A DNA stretch of 64,000 nt from an uncultured Enterobacteriaceae bacterium (GTDB lineage: Bacteria; Pseudomonadota; Gammaproteobacteria; Eutrophobiales; Eutrophobiaceae). This document shows positions 28,074-39,912 of the stretch, piece by piece. Location: positions 4,118-68,117 of the forward strand of contig CAYMPA010000001.1 in assembly GCA_964392105.1 (NCBI GenBank), read 5' to 3'. The notes below the pieces were generated by a model. It searched no databases. It was not told the origin of the DNA and saw only the letters and a list, made by a program, of their open reading frames with translations. Position 1 is the stretch's first letter, and each line of letters begins with the position of its first letter. Made by a program: the position numbers and the translations under genes.

Positions 28074-28979
28074 TTACTTTTGTTTCCGATTATCAAGATC
28101 TTTCTTCAGATCGTCTAATGATATGGATTGAATATTTTCAACCTTGCCAACGTCCTTTTCCAGGTCGGATTGCCATGCATGCCCATAAATAACTTCGTAG
28201 GTCGCTGGTAATTTATTATTTTGTCTAAATGTCTCGTAATGTTTAAACACTTTACCCAGACGTTGCTTTCCAGTAAGTGTTTTTCTTCGGCCTTTGTTTA
28301 TATTTTGTGCGCCTATGTTTTTTAACTCGCGCATTAGTTGTTTACACTCATCATAGATCAAAACAATATATTCAATGTTTAACACCGGAGCATCCAAACC
28401 ACTTCGAATTAGAGAATCACCTATATCGTGCATATCAACAAAGGCGTTTACATGCACTTGATCATCAACCTGTCGCCAACTCTCTCGTAATTCTTTTAAA
28501 GAGTCTGGGCCAAAACTTGAAAACAGGAAGATGCCTCCTGGCCTGAGCACGCGCTTAATTTCTGCAAAGACTGCATCCAGATCATTGCACCATTGCAACA
28601 TCAAACTACTAAAGACCAAATCAAAACGGTTTTCAGGTAAAGGGATTTGATTTGCATCTGCACAGAGAAAATGAGTTTTTGAAAATAACACTGGCGACTG
28701 TTTACGTGATTTTTTTAACATCTCCCCGGAAATATCTATCTGGTAAATATGCGCTTTTTTAAACTGTTGTTTTAGCTTTCTCGATCCATAACCTGTGCCT
28801 GCCCCAAGATCCAGTATTGATGTTGGCTTGATCTTGATTTGATCAAAAGACTCAACCAATCGGTCTGTAATAGTTCGTTGTAATAAAGAGAAGGCATCGT
28901 AATTATTTGCAGCGGCGTTAAACGCGGCCTGAACATTACAACCATCTATTACATAGTTCTTATTTGGTGAATTTTGCAC
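28074..28979 (-). CDS. bioC: Malonyl-ACP O-methyltransferase BioC
   Basis: Class I SAM-methyltransferase motif (LDLGAGTGYGS) in the bio operon position. Confidence 0.85.
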   Translation of the reverse strand: MQNSPNKNYVIDGCNVQAAFNAAANNYDAFSLLQRTITDRLVESFDQIKIKPTSILDLGAGTGYGSRKLKQQFKKAHIYQIDISGEMLKKSRKQSPVLFSKTHFLCADANQIPLPENRFDLVFSSLMLQWCNDLDAVFAEIKRVLRPGGIFLFSSFGPDSLKELRESWRQVDDQVHVNAFVDMHDIGDSLIRSGLDAPVLNIEYIVLIYDECKQLMRELKNIGAQNINKGRRKTLTGKQRLGKVFKHYETFRQNNKLPATYEVIYGHAWQSDLEKDVGKVENIQSISLDDLKKDLDNRKQK

Positions 28980-29706
28980 TGATAAACTCGTTAATTATTT
29001 TATGTGTTTCTTCCGGCTTACTTATAAAAGGCGCGTGTCCACAATCACTCAACAAGGCACATTGCGTATTTGGACTTAGTTGTTTTATTTGCTTTTCTAT
29101 CTGTGAACTTATAAGCGCATCATGCTCACCCAATAAAACTTGTGTAGGAATTTTTAATGCTGCAAATTCATTTCTTTGATCGGTTTGTTGTGCCTCGATC
29201 AACCAGGAAGAAAGAATCGTGCTGTAATTATTATTAGCCAGATTTTTACGAATATTTCTATTGGTCTTTTTTGAAGAGATATCTCCCTGGGCTATTAACC
29301 CCGCAAAATATTCGAGTGCTGTTACAGGATTGTTTGATAATTTTTGTTGAAGGTCATTAATGCTATTTCTGTCAATCGTATATAACCAATCTGCTTTATT
29401 TACAAAACATGGTGTACTTGCGATAAATATAATGGTTTTTATTTTGTCCGTTAGTTCTGCTAATCGCGTTGCGATTAAACCGCCTATAGACCATGCGATT
29501 ACTATGCAGTCTGTGTTTATGGTTTTACTTAGTGCCGTAGCTATAGATTCGAATTTATTATCTTTTGTATTACTAGCTACTTCATAAAGACAGGGTGTCG
29601 ATATATTATTAAAACAATTCAAGCGACCAGCAAATTCATGCCAGACAGTATTTGATACACCCCAACCGTGTAACAGCATACAATCAAGGCTCTGGTCAGT
29701 GATCAT
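28960..29706 (-). CDS. bioH: Pimeloyl-ACP methyl ester carboxylesterase BioH
   Basis: Alpha/beta hydrolase fold (LLHGWG, nucleophile elbow AWSIGG). The start is probably the internal ATG giving MITDQSL, which shortens the overlap with bioF. Confidence 0.8.
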   Translation of the reverse strand: MITDQSLDCMLLHGWGVSNTVWHEFAGRLNCFNNISTPCLYEVASNTKDNKFESIATALSKTINTDCIVIAWSIGGLIATRLAELTDKIKTIIFIASTPCFVNKADWLYTIDRNSINDLQQKLSNNPVTALEYFAGLIAQGDISSKKTNRNIRKNLANNNYSTILSSWLIEAQQTDQRNEFAALKIPTQVLLGEHDALISSQIEKQIKQLSPNTQCALLSDCGHAPFISKPEETHKIINEFISAKFTK

Positions 29707-30850
29707 TGAAAATGTCCTTAATAGTAGATACAAGACGTTCGATATGATCCATTTTATGGGCAGCGGTAATACTTATTCGCAATCGTGATGTTTCTTCAGG
29801 AACGGTTGGTGGTCTGATAGCCGGGGTTAATATCTTTTTTTCATATAGTGCCTTACTTATGGCTAATGTTTTACCAGCTTCACCAATTATTATAGGCTGT
29901 ATATGAGATTTAGATTCACTTACTCTTAGACCCGACTCTTTTATTGATTTCTTATAATGATTAATCAGGTCTTTTATGTGTTTACGCAAATGATTACCGT
30001 TAACTATGAGATCAACAGCATGTGACATTGTTGCAGCTACTGAAGGTAATAATGCTGTTGTATAAATATAGGTTCTTGCTTTTTGTATAAAGGCTTCTAC
30101 ATACATACTGCTCCCAGCGATAAATGCGCCACTGGCACCGAAAGATTTTCCAAATGTGCCTATTAGTATTGGTACTTGTTCCTGATCGAGCATGAGCTCT
30201 TCAAGCAAGCCCGCACCAGCATCCCCTAAAACACCAATGCCATGTGCATCATCAACAACTAATAAAGCATTATATGTTTTACATAAATCAACAATCTCTG
30301 TTAATGAGGCATAATCTCCATCCATACTGAAAACGCCATCAGTCATTACAATTAATTCATTATGTTTATACTTTTCTAAAAAACTCTTCAGGTGTCCTGC
30401 ATTATTATGACGATAACGGACGAGCTTGCCTTTTGAAAGTAATGCGGAATCTATCAACGAAGCGTGGTTCAATTTATCCTGAAGAATAATCGTGTTTTTA
30501 TCAATTAAAACTGATGCGATGGCCAGATTTGCATGATATCCGCTAGGAAAAACCAGTGCCGCTTCCCTGTTTAGAAAACCGGAAAGTTTTTCTTCCAATA
30601 GTTTGTGTGGTGTTAAATGGCCAACTAATAATTGTGATGAACCTGCACCAACACCATATTTATCAATTGCATCAATCATGCAGGCCTTAAGTTCTGCGTT
30701 ATTGGCAAAACCCAAATAATCATTACTACTAAAGTTTAAAAACTCTTCGTCATTAATAGTTATTAATGGCCCTTGTGCTGAACTAACAACCTGTCTTACC
30801 CGGAATAAATCATCTGCTTTTCGTTGATTGATTTCGTCAACAAGATTCAC
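29696..30850 (-). CDS. bioF: 8-amino-7-oxononanoate synthase
   Basis: PLP-dependent class-II aminotransferase fold with a lysine-containing SxxGK motif (GTFGKSFG). Confidence 0.9.
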   Translation of the reverse strand: MNLVDEINQRKADDLFRVRQVVSSAQGPLITINDEEFLNFSSNDYLGFANNAELKACMIDAIDKYGVGAGSSQLLVGHLTPHKLLEEKLSGFLNREAALVFPSGYHANLAIASVLIDKNTIILQDKLNHASLIDSALLSKGKLVRYRHNNAGHLKSFLEKYKHNELIVMTDGVFSMDGDYASLTEIVDLCKTYNALLVVDDAHGIGVLGDAGAGLLEELMLDQEQVPILIGTFGKSFGASGAFIAGSSMYVEAFIQKARTYIYTTALLPSVAATMSHAVDLIVNGNHLRKHIKDLINHYKKSIKESGLRVSESKSHIQPIIIGEAGKTLAISKALYEKKILTPAIRPPTVPEETSRLRISITAAHKMDHIERLVSTIKDIFNDH

Positions 30851-30886
30851 TTTCGTATCTTCATTAATATTTAATTTATACAGACG

Positions 30887-31855
30887 TTATTGGTGTTGTG
30901 ATGACTGTATGCCCAGACGATCAAACAACAACTGATCTTGCATTAATTGGGGATTATCAGTGGTAAGTAATTTTTCTCCATAAAAAACAGAATTTGCGCC
31001 AGCGAGAAAACATAACGCCTGCATTTCATCAGTCATTTCGTTACGACCAGCTGATAATCGAACAAATGATGCGGGCATCAATATCCTTGCTGCTGCAATT
31101 ATCCTGACGAATTCAATTGGATCAGGTTTATCGATATCATTTAATGGCGTCCCTTCAACATGCACCAACATATTTATAGGAACGCTTTCCGGGTGAACCG
31201 GCATATTGACCAGCGTTAATAGCAAGCCTGCACGATCATTATGATCTTCGCCCATACCAATAATTCCACCACAACATACATTGATACCGGCTTCTCTAAC
31301 ACGATCAAGAGTATCTAGTCGTTCTTGATAATCCCGGGTACTAATGATTTTTGAATAGAATTCAGGGGAACAATCCAAATTATGATTGTAATAATCCAAA
31401 CCTGCTGATTTCAGGTCTTTGGCTTGATCCTCTGACAACATACCCAGGGTTACACATGTTTCCATGCCTGTTTTTTTGACCGCTTCGACCATTTCCATCA
31501 CTTTTTCCAGATCGCGTTGATTTGGTTGTCGCCATGCTGCGCCCATACAAAACCGGGTTGCCCCCTTATCTTTTGCCGCCTTTGCCTGAATAAGCACATC
31601 ATCTAACTCAAGTAGTTTTTCAGAGTTCACGCCCGTCTTGTAATGAGCGCTCTGTGGACAATAGGCACAATCTTCCGGACAACCACCGGTTTTAATATTC
31701 ATTAATGTGCTTAACTGAACTTGATTTGGATTAAAGTGTTCTCGGTGAGTTTGTTGAGCCTTGAAGATTAAATCATTAAACGGTTGTGTTATTAATGATG
31801 CGACTTCTTCTTTGGTCCAGTCATTTCTAATCAATGTTTTATTGTTATGTTCCAT
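30887..31855 (-). CDS. bioB: Biotin synthase
   Basis: Radical-SAM motif [11 protein letters not shown] plus the Cys residues of the second cluster. Confidence 0.93.
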   Translation of the reverse strand: MEHNNKTLIRNDWTKEEVASLITQPFNDLIFKAQQTHREHFNPNQVQLSTLMNIKTGGCPEDCAYCPQSAHYKTGVNSEKLLELDDVLIQAKAAKDKGATRFCMGAAWRQPNQRDLEKVMEMVEAVKKTGMETCVTLGMLSEDQAKDLKSAGLDYYNHNLDCSPEFYSKIISTRDYQERLDTLDRVREAGINVCCGGIIGMGEDHNDRAGLLLTLVNMPVHPESVPINMLVHVEGTPLNDIDKPDPIEFVRIIAAARILMPASFVRLSAGRNEMTDEMQALCFLAGANSVFYGEKLLTTDNPQLMQDQLLFDRLGIQSSQHQ

Positions 31856-31939
31856 ATAAATATATCACTCTTAAAATATGTTTCGCCTCAGCGCTCAACA
31901 AAAATGCTCAGGCGTGCAACAATGAATATCTGGGATTAA

Positions 31940-31971
31940 TTGTAAACTTTTTATTAACATTTAGGTTAACA
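31940..31971. promoter_or_regulatory. Putative BirA operator (bioO) in the bioB-comF divergent region
   Basis: The sequence is TTGTAAAC-tttttattaacattta-GGTTAACA. It matches the half-sites and 16-bp spacer of E. coli bioO (TTGTAAACC-N16-GGTTTACAA), with a weaker right half. Confidence 0.5.
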
Positions 31972-31978
31972 GACAAAC

Positions 31979-32644
31979 ATGGATGTCAAACAGCTATTTT
32001 TACCAGGCGCTTGTTTTTTCTGCCTGACAAAAACCAACGATACCTGGTGTAAAGAATGCGAAACTGATTTTATTTTGAATATCGCTCGGTGTCCTGTATG
32101 TGCACGAAACACGATTAATAACGAAGTGTGTGGTGCTTGCCTGAAGCGGAAACCTGATTTTACCAGTACCGAAATATTGTTTAATTATCAATACCCAGCA
32201 AACCATTTAATTAAAACTTTAAAATTTAATAACCGTCCTGAGCTTGCAATCAGTATCGCGGACAAAATGGCTAAACAACTAAGCGAAAAACCTTTTCTTC
32301 CAAAACTTCTATTGCCCGTTCCACTTCACAAAAAACGACAACGTGATCGTGGATATAATCAATCTCTTGTAATTGCTAATCAAATCGCAAAACGTCTTGA
32401 GTTAAAGGTTAATCCATCCTTATGTAAGCGCATCAAAAACACCGACCCACAAAGCACATTGCCAATGAATACCAGAATGAAAAACATCAAGGGGGCTTTT
32501 TGCCTAACTGATACCCGCTTACCTGAACACATTGCTATTATTGATGACGTAATAACGACAGGGTCAACAGTAAACGAACTTTCGGCTTTACTAAGCAAAG
32601 CAGGCTGCCAGTGTATTGAAGTTTGGGCTATAGCAAAAACATAA
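31979..32644 (+). CDS. comF: ComF family protein (double zinc ribbon plus phosphoribosyltransferase domain)
   Basis: N-terminal CxxC...CxxC pairs and a C-terminal PRTase motif (IIDDVITTGST). It is divergent from bioB, as in Pseudomonas. Confidence 0.75.
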   Translation: MDVKQLFLPGACFFCLTKTNDTWCKECETDFILNIARCPVCARNTINNEVCGACLKRKPDFTSTEILFNYQYPANHLIKTLKFNNRPELAISIADKMAKQLSEKPFLPKLLLPVPLHKKRQRDRGYNQSLVIANQIAKRLELKVNPSLCKRIKNTDPQSTLPMNTRMKNIKGAFCLTDTRLPEHIAIIDDVITTGSTVNELSALLSKAGCQCIEVWAIAKT

Positions 32645-32830
32645 GGATTTCTCTAAAAATAGTAATTTTACCGTGGCCAGTTTTTGCTCCTACACCAAAA
32701 GTAGGCGCTTTAGGCGAAACCGGCAAACCGTACATACCTGTACATATGTGCAAGGAGGCGCCGTGCGGAGGACTGCATGGCCTTCGGTATACCTCTTGAG
32801 GGGGTGGAAAGTACCTTTTTAGAATACCCT
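32645..32830. repeat. Family-1-related short repeat (1b), filling the gap between the convergent comF and gyrB genes
   Basis: Ends are GGATTTCTCTAAAAATAGTAAT ... GTACCTTTTTAGAATACCC (a CTCTAAAAA/TTTTTAGA inverted pair). Internal motifs CCGTGCGGAGGACTGCATGG and GGGGGTGG recall the family-1 interior. Confidence 0.45.
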
Positions 32831-32833
32831 TAA

Positions 32834-35251
<2,418 letters not shown>

Positions 35252-35267
35252 TCAATAACAAACCGGC

Positions 35268-36353
35268 CTATTCTAACATTTTCTGAATTTTTCCGTGTTT
35301 CACGTGAAACACGCTGTGATTACTCTGTTCTTGTTTGATCCACTCTGGCCTCGTTAATGATGAAACGAAGGTTTGAATGTTGTTGGCTAACAATAAGTCC
35401 AACATGTTTTTAGATGACTCTTCATCAAGCTCGGCATCTAAATCATCAATGAGTACCATTGCGTTTTTCCCGATGTTTTTTAGCTTTTCTACTTGTGATG
35501 AAATCAGAGCGGCCCCAAAGAGCTTGGTTTGGCCCCGTGATAAATGTTTGGCGACATTGAAATCTTCATAACTAAAAACAATATCCGAACGGTGGGGCCC
35601 CAAATTTGTATACCCTCTTTTTACATCTTCTTTTCTGTTTTCAGCTAACAATCTATCCAGCCCTTGTTCTGTATAAGCTTCATTTAAATAATCAATCTTC
35701 GCTGTACTGGCTAACACTACTGGCGCATGTTTTTCACTTAGTAGTCTGTTAATATCTGAAATATAGTTCCCCCTCATCGAATCTATTTTTATTGCCTCTT
35801 CGCACATTAGTTTTTCCCAACCAGTCATTTCAGACGAATTAATAGCACGTTCTGTTTTTAGTAGTGCGTTACGATGACGAAGTGCTCGATGGTAGCTTTT
35901 CCAGATTAACAAATAGTCCTGTTCCACGTGAAACAACGACCAATCTAACCAATGTCTTCGTTCTTTTGGTGTGCCTGTGAATAATAAATGGTGATCTGGC
36001 GTCAAAACATAGACCGGAAGGCGTTTCGCCTGTTCTGAAGCGGTTTGTACTATTTCACCATCAAACTTTATGCGTGTAATACCGCGGCCCTTTTCCACGC
36101 CCACAGAAAAAGTATTACCCTGGTTTAATCCCTTTGCAAATACTTGTAGCCTCTCTTCACCGCGACTTATGACATCGTTTATTCTTTTACTCCTAAACGA
36201 TTTTATCCGCGATAATAAATACACACTTTCAAGAATAGATGTTTTTCCGCTCGCATTTGGGCCGTAAAAGAAATTAAGCCCTGGGCCTGGCTCAATAGTA
36301 AATTCACCCAGATTACGTATTGAGCAGGCCTTAAGCTGTTCAATATATAGCAT
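35268..36353 (-). CDS. recF: DNA replication and repair protein RecF
   Basis: Walker A motif GPNASGKTS and the RecF signature in the dnaA-dnaN-recF-gyrB context. Confidence 0.93.
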   Translation of the reverse strand: MLYIEQLKACSIRNLGEFTIEPGPGLNFFYGPNASGKTSILESVYLLSRIKSFRSKRINDVISRGEERLQVFAKGLNQGNTFSVGVEKGRGITRIKFDGEIVQTASEQAKRLPVYVLTPDHHLLFTGTPKERRHWLDWSLFHVEQDYLLIWKSYHRALRHRNALLKTERAINSSEMTGWEKLMCEEAIKIDSMRGNYISDINRLLSEKHAPVVLASTAKIDYLNEAYTEQGLDRLLAENRKEDVKRGYTNLGPHRSDIVFSYEDFNVAKHLSRGQTKLFGAALISSQVEKLKNIGKNAMVLIDDLDAELDEESSKNMLDLLLANNIQTFVSSLTRPEWIKQEQSNHSVFHVKHGKIQKMLE

Positions 36354-36356
36354 TAC

Positions 36357-37454
36357 CTAAAGTCGCATAGGCATTACTACATACTGACACTGTGATTCGT
36401 CCTCAGGCAAAATTAAACAACTACTGTTTGGATCCAGGACGCTTAATTTCACCTTCTCACTTTTAATAATTGATAAAGTATCTAACAGGTAAGAAACATT
36501 AAAGCCTATCTCTATTTCATCTCCCTTATATTCTACTTCCAACTCCTCTTCTGCTTCCTCCTGTTCAGGATTATGCGCTAATGCGCGAAGACTATCAGAA
36601 TTAAAAATTATTCTTACGCCTCTATATTTTTCATTTGAAAGGATTGAAGCACGGGTTAGGCTGTTTTTTAACTCCTCTCTATCAGCAAATACAGGGGTTT
36701 CACTTAATTCCGGGATAACACGCTGATAATCTGGAAAACGTCCATCAATTAACTTGCTGGTAAAACACGAGTTGGTATTTTTAACTCGTATATGATTAGT
36801 GCTTATCTGTATCTCTATCTCGCTATCATCATGAAGAAGGCGTGTTAATTCTGTAATCCCTTTTCTTGGCACAATTATCTGTATTGGACTATCTATAGAT
36901 GCTTGTATATCAATTTCATCTAAAGCTAAACGATGACCATCTGTTGCAACTGCCTTGAGTTTGTTATTTGATATTTCTAACAAGAGACCATTTAAATAAT
37001 ACCGTACATCTTGTTGTGCCATTGCAAACTGGGTGTTTTCGAGTAGTTTCTCAAGTGTTTTTTGTTTTATGTTAAAAGTTACAATATTGTCGGTTATATC
37101 AATAACCGGAAATTCTTGTGCGGGCAACGTGGCCAAAGTAAAACGACTTTTCCCAGATATGATCAATACACGATCATTTTTAACCTCAAACAGGAGTTTT
37201 GCATTCTGGGGAAGAGCGCGACAGATATCTAACAGTTTTCTTGCAGGTAAAGTTAATTCTCCAGCTTGTTCGAACTTCAAATCCATTGTGACAATAAACT
37301 CTACTTCCATGTCTGTTGCTGTTACAGATAAAGAACCTGTTCCCAGGTTGAATAATAGATTAGAAAGTATAGGTAAGGTTTGTCGCCGATCAACAACACC
37401 ACTTACAGTTTGTAATACTGGCAATAGTACATCTCTATCTATATTAAATTTCAT
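36357..37454 (-). CDS. dnaN: DNA polymerase III beta sliding clamp
   Basis: 365 aa with three-domain clamp architecture. Confidence 0.95.
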   Translation of the reverse strand: MKFNIDRDVLLPVLQTVSGVVDRRQTLPILSNLLFNLGTGSLSVTATDMEVEFIVTMDLKFEQAGELTLPARKLLDICRALPQNAKLLFEVKNDRVLIISGKSRFTLATLPAQEFPVIDITDNIVTFNIKQKTLEKLLENTQFAMAQQDVRYYLNGLLLEISNNKLKAVATDGHRLALDEIDIQASIDSPIQIIVPRKGITELTRLLHDDSEIEIQISTNHIRVKNTNSCFTSKLIDGRFPDYQRVIPELSETPVFADREELKNSLTRASILSNEKYRGVRIIFNSDSLRALAHNPEQEEAEEELEVEYKGDEIEIGFNVSYLLDTLSIIKSEKVKLSVLDPNSSCLILPEDESQCQYVVMPMRL

Positions 37455-37538
37455 ATATATACCTATTATTATTACTATTAATAATTAGAAAATATGTTAA
37501 TAACATTATTTCTCTTTATAAATCATATATTTAAGCTA

Positions 37539-37600
37539 TGTTGATAACTACTGGTTTTTTGTGGATAAATTTATATAATTTGTTGATGATTTGTTAATAA
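37539..37600. promoter_or_regulatory. AT-rich dnaA-dnaN spacer with an array of four same-orientation DnaA-box-like 9-mers
   Basis: The 189-bp intergenic region is about 20% GC. The 9-mers are TGTTGATAA (37539), TGTGGATAA (37560, a perfect reverse-complement DnaA box), TGTTGATGA (37581) and TGTTAATAA (37592), spaced 21, 21 and 11 bp. Confidence 0.45.
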
Positions 37601-37643
37601 ATATAAACATAAAATTATATTTTATTTCCTTCACAGGTCTTTA

Positions 37644-39005
37644 TCAGCTTGTTAATGTATTTGTAAGGTTTACATAATCTTCTTCAATTCGATGTTCTGT
37701 TTTTCTTAATTCTTGTATTTTTCTGCATGCATGTAAAACAGTTGTATGATCTCGACCACCAAAGGCATCCCCTATTTCAGGCAAGCTATGATTAGTTAGT
37801 TCTTTAGAAATAGCCATAGCTACTTGTCTTGGCCTTGCAACAGAGCGGTTACGTCGTTTAGAAAGCAAATCAGCTACTCTGATTTTGTAATATTCAGCGG
37901 TTGTTTTTTGAATATTTTCTATGGTGACTTGTTTGTCCTGAATGATAAGCAAATCACGTAAAGAATTTTGTGTAAATTCTAGTGTAATTGGCTTACCAGT
38001 TAAATTCGCATTTGCTATTACTCTGTTTAGCGCTCCCTCTAACTCTCGAACATTTGATCGAAATCGTTTTGCTATAAAAAAAGATACTTCGTCAGGAAGC
38101 TGTTTTTCTGCTTGTAAGGATTTTTTTCGGATTATTGCAACACGTGTTTCGAGTTCAGGAGGATCAATAGAAACAGTGAGCCCCCAACCAAACCGGGATT
38201 TTAGTCTTTCCTCAAGACCGTTGACTTCTTTTGGATATCTATCACAAGTTAATATAATTTGATGTTGTCCCTCAAGTAGTGCATTAAAGGTATGAAAAAA
38301 TTCTTCCTGTGATCGTTCTTTTTTTGCAAAGAACTGAATATCGTCAATTAACAAGGCATCTAGAGAACGATAATGTCTTTTAAATTCATTGATAACATTA
38401 TGTTGTAATGCCCTGACCATATCAGCAACGAATCGTTCAGAATGGAGGTAGGCAATGTTAGCAGTAGGTTTTTGTTCAAGAATAGCTGCACCAATTGCGT
38501 GCATTAAATGTGTCTTACCTAAACCAACACCACCATAAATAAATAAAGGGTTGTATGCACCACCTGGGTTTTCTGCAACCTGCATGGAGGCAGCCCTTGC
38601 TAGCTGATTGGATTTGCCTTCAACAAAAGAATTAAAAGTAAAAGATGTATTTAAATTACTGGAATGTTTGATGGGTTTTATCGTGTCTTTTTCTGTAAAA
38701 GAATTAACAGAACGGGTTTGTGACGACTTAATTTGTTTTGTTTCTGTCTTATTACTGTTCCGACTACCAATTTCAAGTTTTAGAGAGAATTTCTCACTAT
38801 TTTTTTGTCCACCACACAATAATTCTTCCATTCTTGACAGGTAGCGTTCGCTTATCCAGTCAAGCACAAAACGATTAGGTGCTAGCAGGCGTATGGCATT
38901 ATCGCTTTCAATAGCGTGTAATGGGCGTATCCATGTATTGAACTGCTGAGGTGATAGCTCACCCTCAAGCCGTTCCAGGCAACGTTTCCATGGGGATGTT
39001 CCCAC
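37644..39005 (-). CDS. dnaA: Chromosomal replication initiator DnaA
   Basis: AAA+ motifs ([10 protein letters not shown]), the DnaA signature and a C-terminal HTH domain. Confidence 0.95.
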   Translation of the reverse strand: MGTSPWKRCLERLEGELSPQQFNTWIRPLHAIESDNAIRLLAPNRFVLDWISERYLSRMEELLCGGQKNSEKFSLKLEIGSRNSNKTETKQIKSSQTRSVNSFTEKDTIKPIKHSSNLNTSFTFNSFVEGKSNQLARAASMQVAENPGGAYNPLFIYGGVGLGKTHLMHAIGAAILEQKPTANIAYLHSERFVADMVRALQHNVINEFKRHYRSLDALLIDDIQFFAKKERSQEEFFHTFNALLEGQHQIILTCDRYPKEVNGLEERLKSRFGWGLTVSIDPPELETRVAIIRKKSLQAEKQLPDEVSFFIAKRFRSNVRELEGALNRVIANANLTGKPITLEFTQNSLRDLLIIQDKQVTIENIQKTTAEYYKIRVADLLSKRRNRSVARPRQVAMAISKELTNHSLPEIGDAFGGRDHTTVLHACRKIQELRKTEHRIEEDYVNLTNTLTS

Positions 39006-39071
39006 TAAATAAACCCTCGTTGAAAATCAAAAAATGAAGTGAAAGAAGAAGTTTATACCTGATTAAAATAG

Positions 39072-39080
39072 TTATCCACA
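39072..39080. promoter_or_regulatory. Consensus DnaA box (TTATCCACA) in the dnaA-rpmH intergenic region
   Basis: Perfect 9-mer about 67 bp upstream of the dnaA start. A likely rpmH promoter (TTGACA-N18-TAACAT) lies at about 39150-39185. Confidence 0.55.
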
Positions 39081-39190
39081 ACAACAAAAATCTCTATATT
39101 TTACAGGATATAATTGACATGTTTGTTGCTGCAACAGTAACATATGCGCCCTTTTAAATAGCGCCGCAAAGAAAATAAAGGCATTTGCAT

Positions 39191-39325
39191 ATGAAACAGA
39201 CTTATCAACCAAGTAAACTAAAGCGTAAAAGAAACCATGGCTTTCGAGCACGTATGCAAAGTCGTTCTGGAAAATTAATAATAAAAGCCCGACGGAACAA
39301 AGGAAGAAAAAGGCTTTCAGCATAG
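39191..39325 (+). CDS. rpmH: 50S ribosomal protein L34
   Basis: Translates to [44 protein letters not shown]. It is under 60 aa, so absent from the track. The track's minus-strand ORF 39072..39323 over it is spurious. Confidence 0.9.
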   Translation: MKQTYQPSKLKRKRNHGFRARMQSRSGKLIIKARRNKGRKRLSA

Positions 39326-39331
39326 ATGTAA

Positions 39332-39685
39332 TTGACAGTGTCTTCGTTCGGAGGCCGTTTTCGGGCTTATAACAGGCTAAAACGACCAGAAGAATTCAGG
39401 CGAGTGTTTTCTTCCAGGCATCGCTCCAGCGATAAACCACTCTTGTTTCTGGTCAGAAACAACGAAACTACCCTAGCGCGTTTAGGAATGACAGTCCCAA
39501 AGAAACACATTCACAAATCTGTTGATCGTAATCGACTAAAGCGCATTATCAGGGAAAGCTTTCGGTTGAGACAAAAGCAACTGGCAGGAAGGGATGTAGT
39601 AGTGGTTGTTAAAAGCCGACTGGATGTTAAACGGGAGAATGTTGAATCTATACTCATTAAATACTGGGAAAAAGTTATTAAATGA
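39332..39685 (+). CDS. rnpA: RNase P protein component
   Basis: Basic 117-aa protein with the RnpA motif (KRNRLKR) directly downstream of rpmH. Confidence 0.9.
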   Translation: MTVSSFGGRFRAYNRLKRPEEFRRVFSSRHRSSDKPLLFLVRNNETTLARLGMTVPKKHIHKSVDRNRLKRIIRESFRLRQKQLAGRDVVVVVKSRLDVKRENVESILIKYWEKVIK

Positions 39686-39912
39686 AAACAGCTTTATTAA
39701 AGTTTATTATTATTTATCAACGATATATTAGCCCGTGTTTTCCTCCGTGCTGTAGATTCCATCCAACGTGCTCAGAATACACCGCTGTAGCAGTCTCTAA
39801 GCATGGTGTTTTAAAAGGCTTGCTATTAAGTGTACAACGCGTTTGTCGTTGTCATCCGTTTCATGAGGGCGGCTTTGATCCTGTGCCGTCAGATGCGTCG
39901 AAGAATAATTAA
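39682..39912 (+). CDS. yidD: Membrane protein insertion efficiency factor YidD
   Basis: Cys-rich 76-aa protein (YQRYISPCFPPCCRFHPTCSEY); overlaps the rnpA stop. Confidence 0.85.
   Translation: MKTALLKFIIIYQRYISPCFPPCCRFHPTCSEYTAVAVSKHGVLKGLLLSVQRVCRCHPFHEGGFDPVPSDASKNN

Noticed and set aside
39072-39323. 83-aa minus-strand ORF
   Set aside because: It is antisense to rpmH (L34), which is unmistakable on the plus strand, and to the rpmH promoter and DnaA box region.
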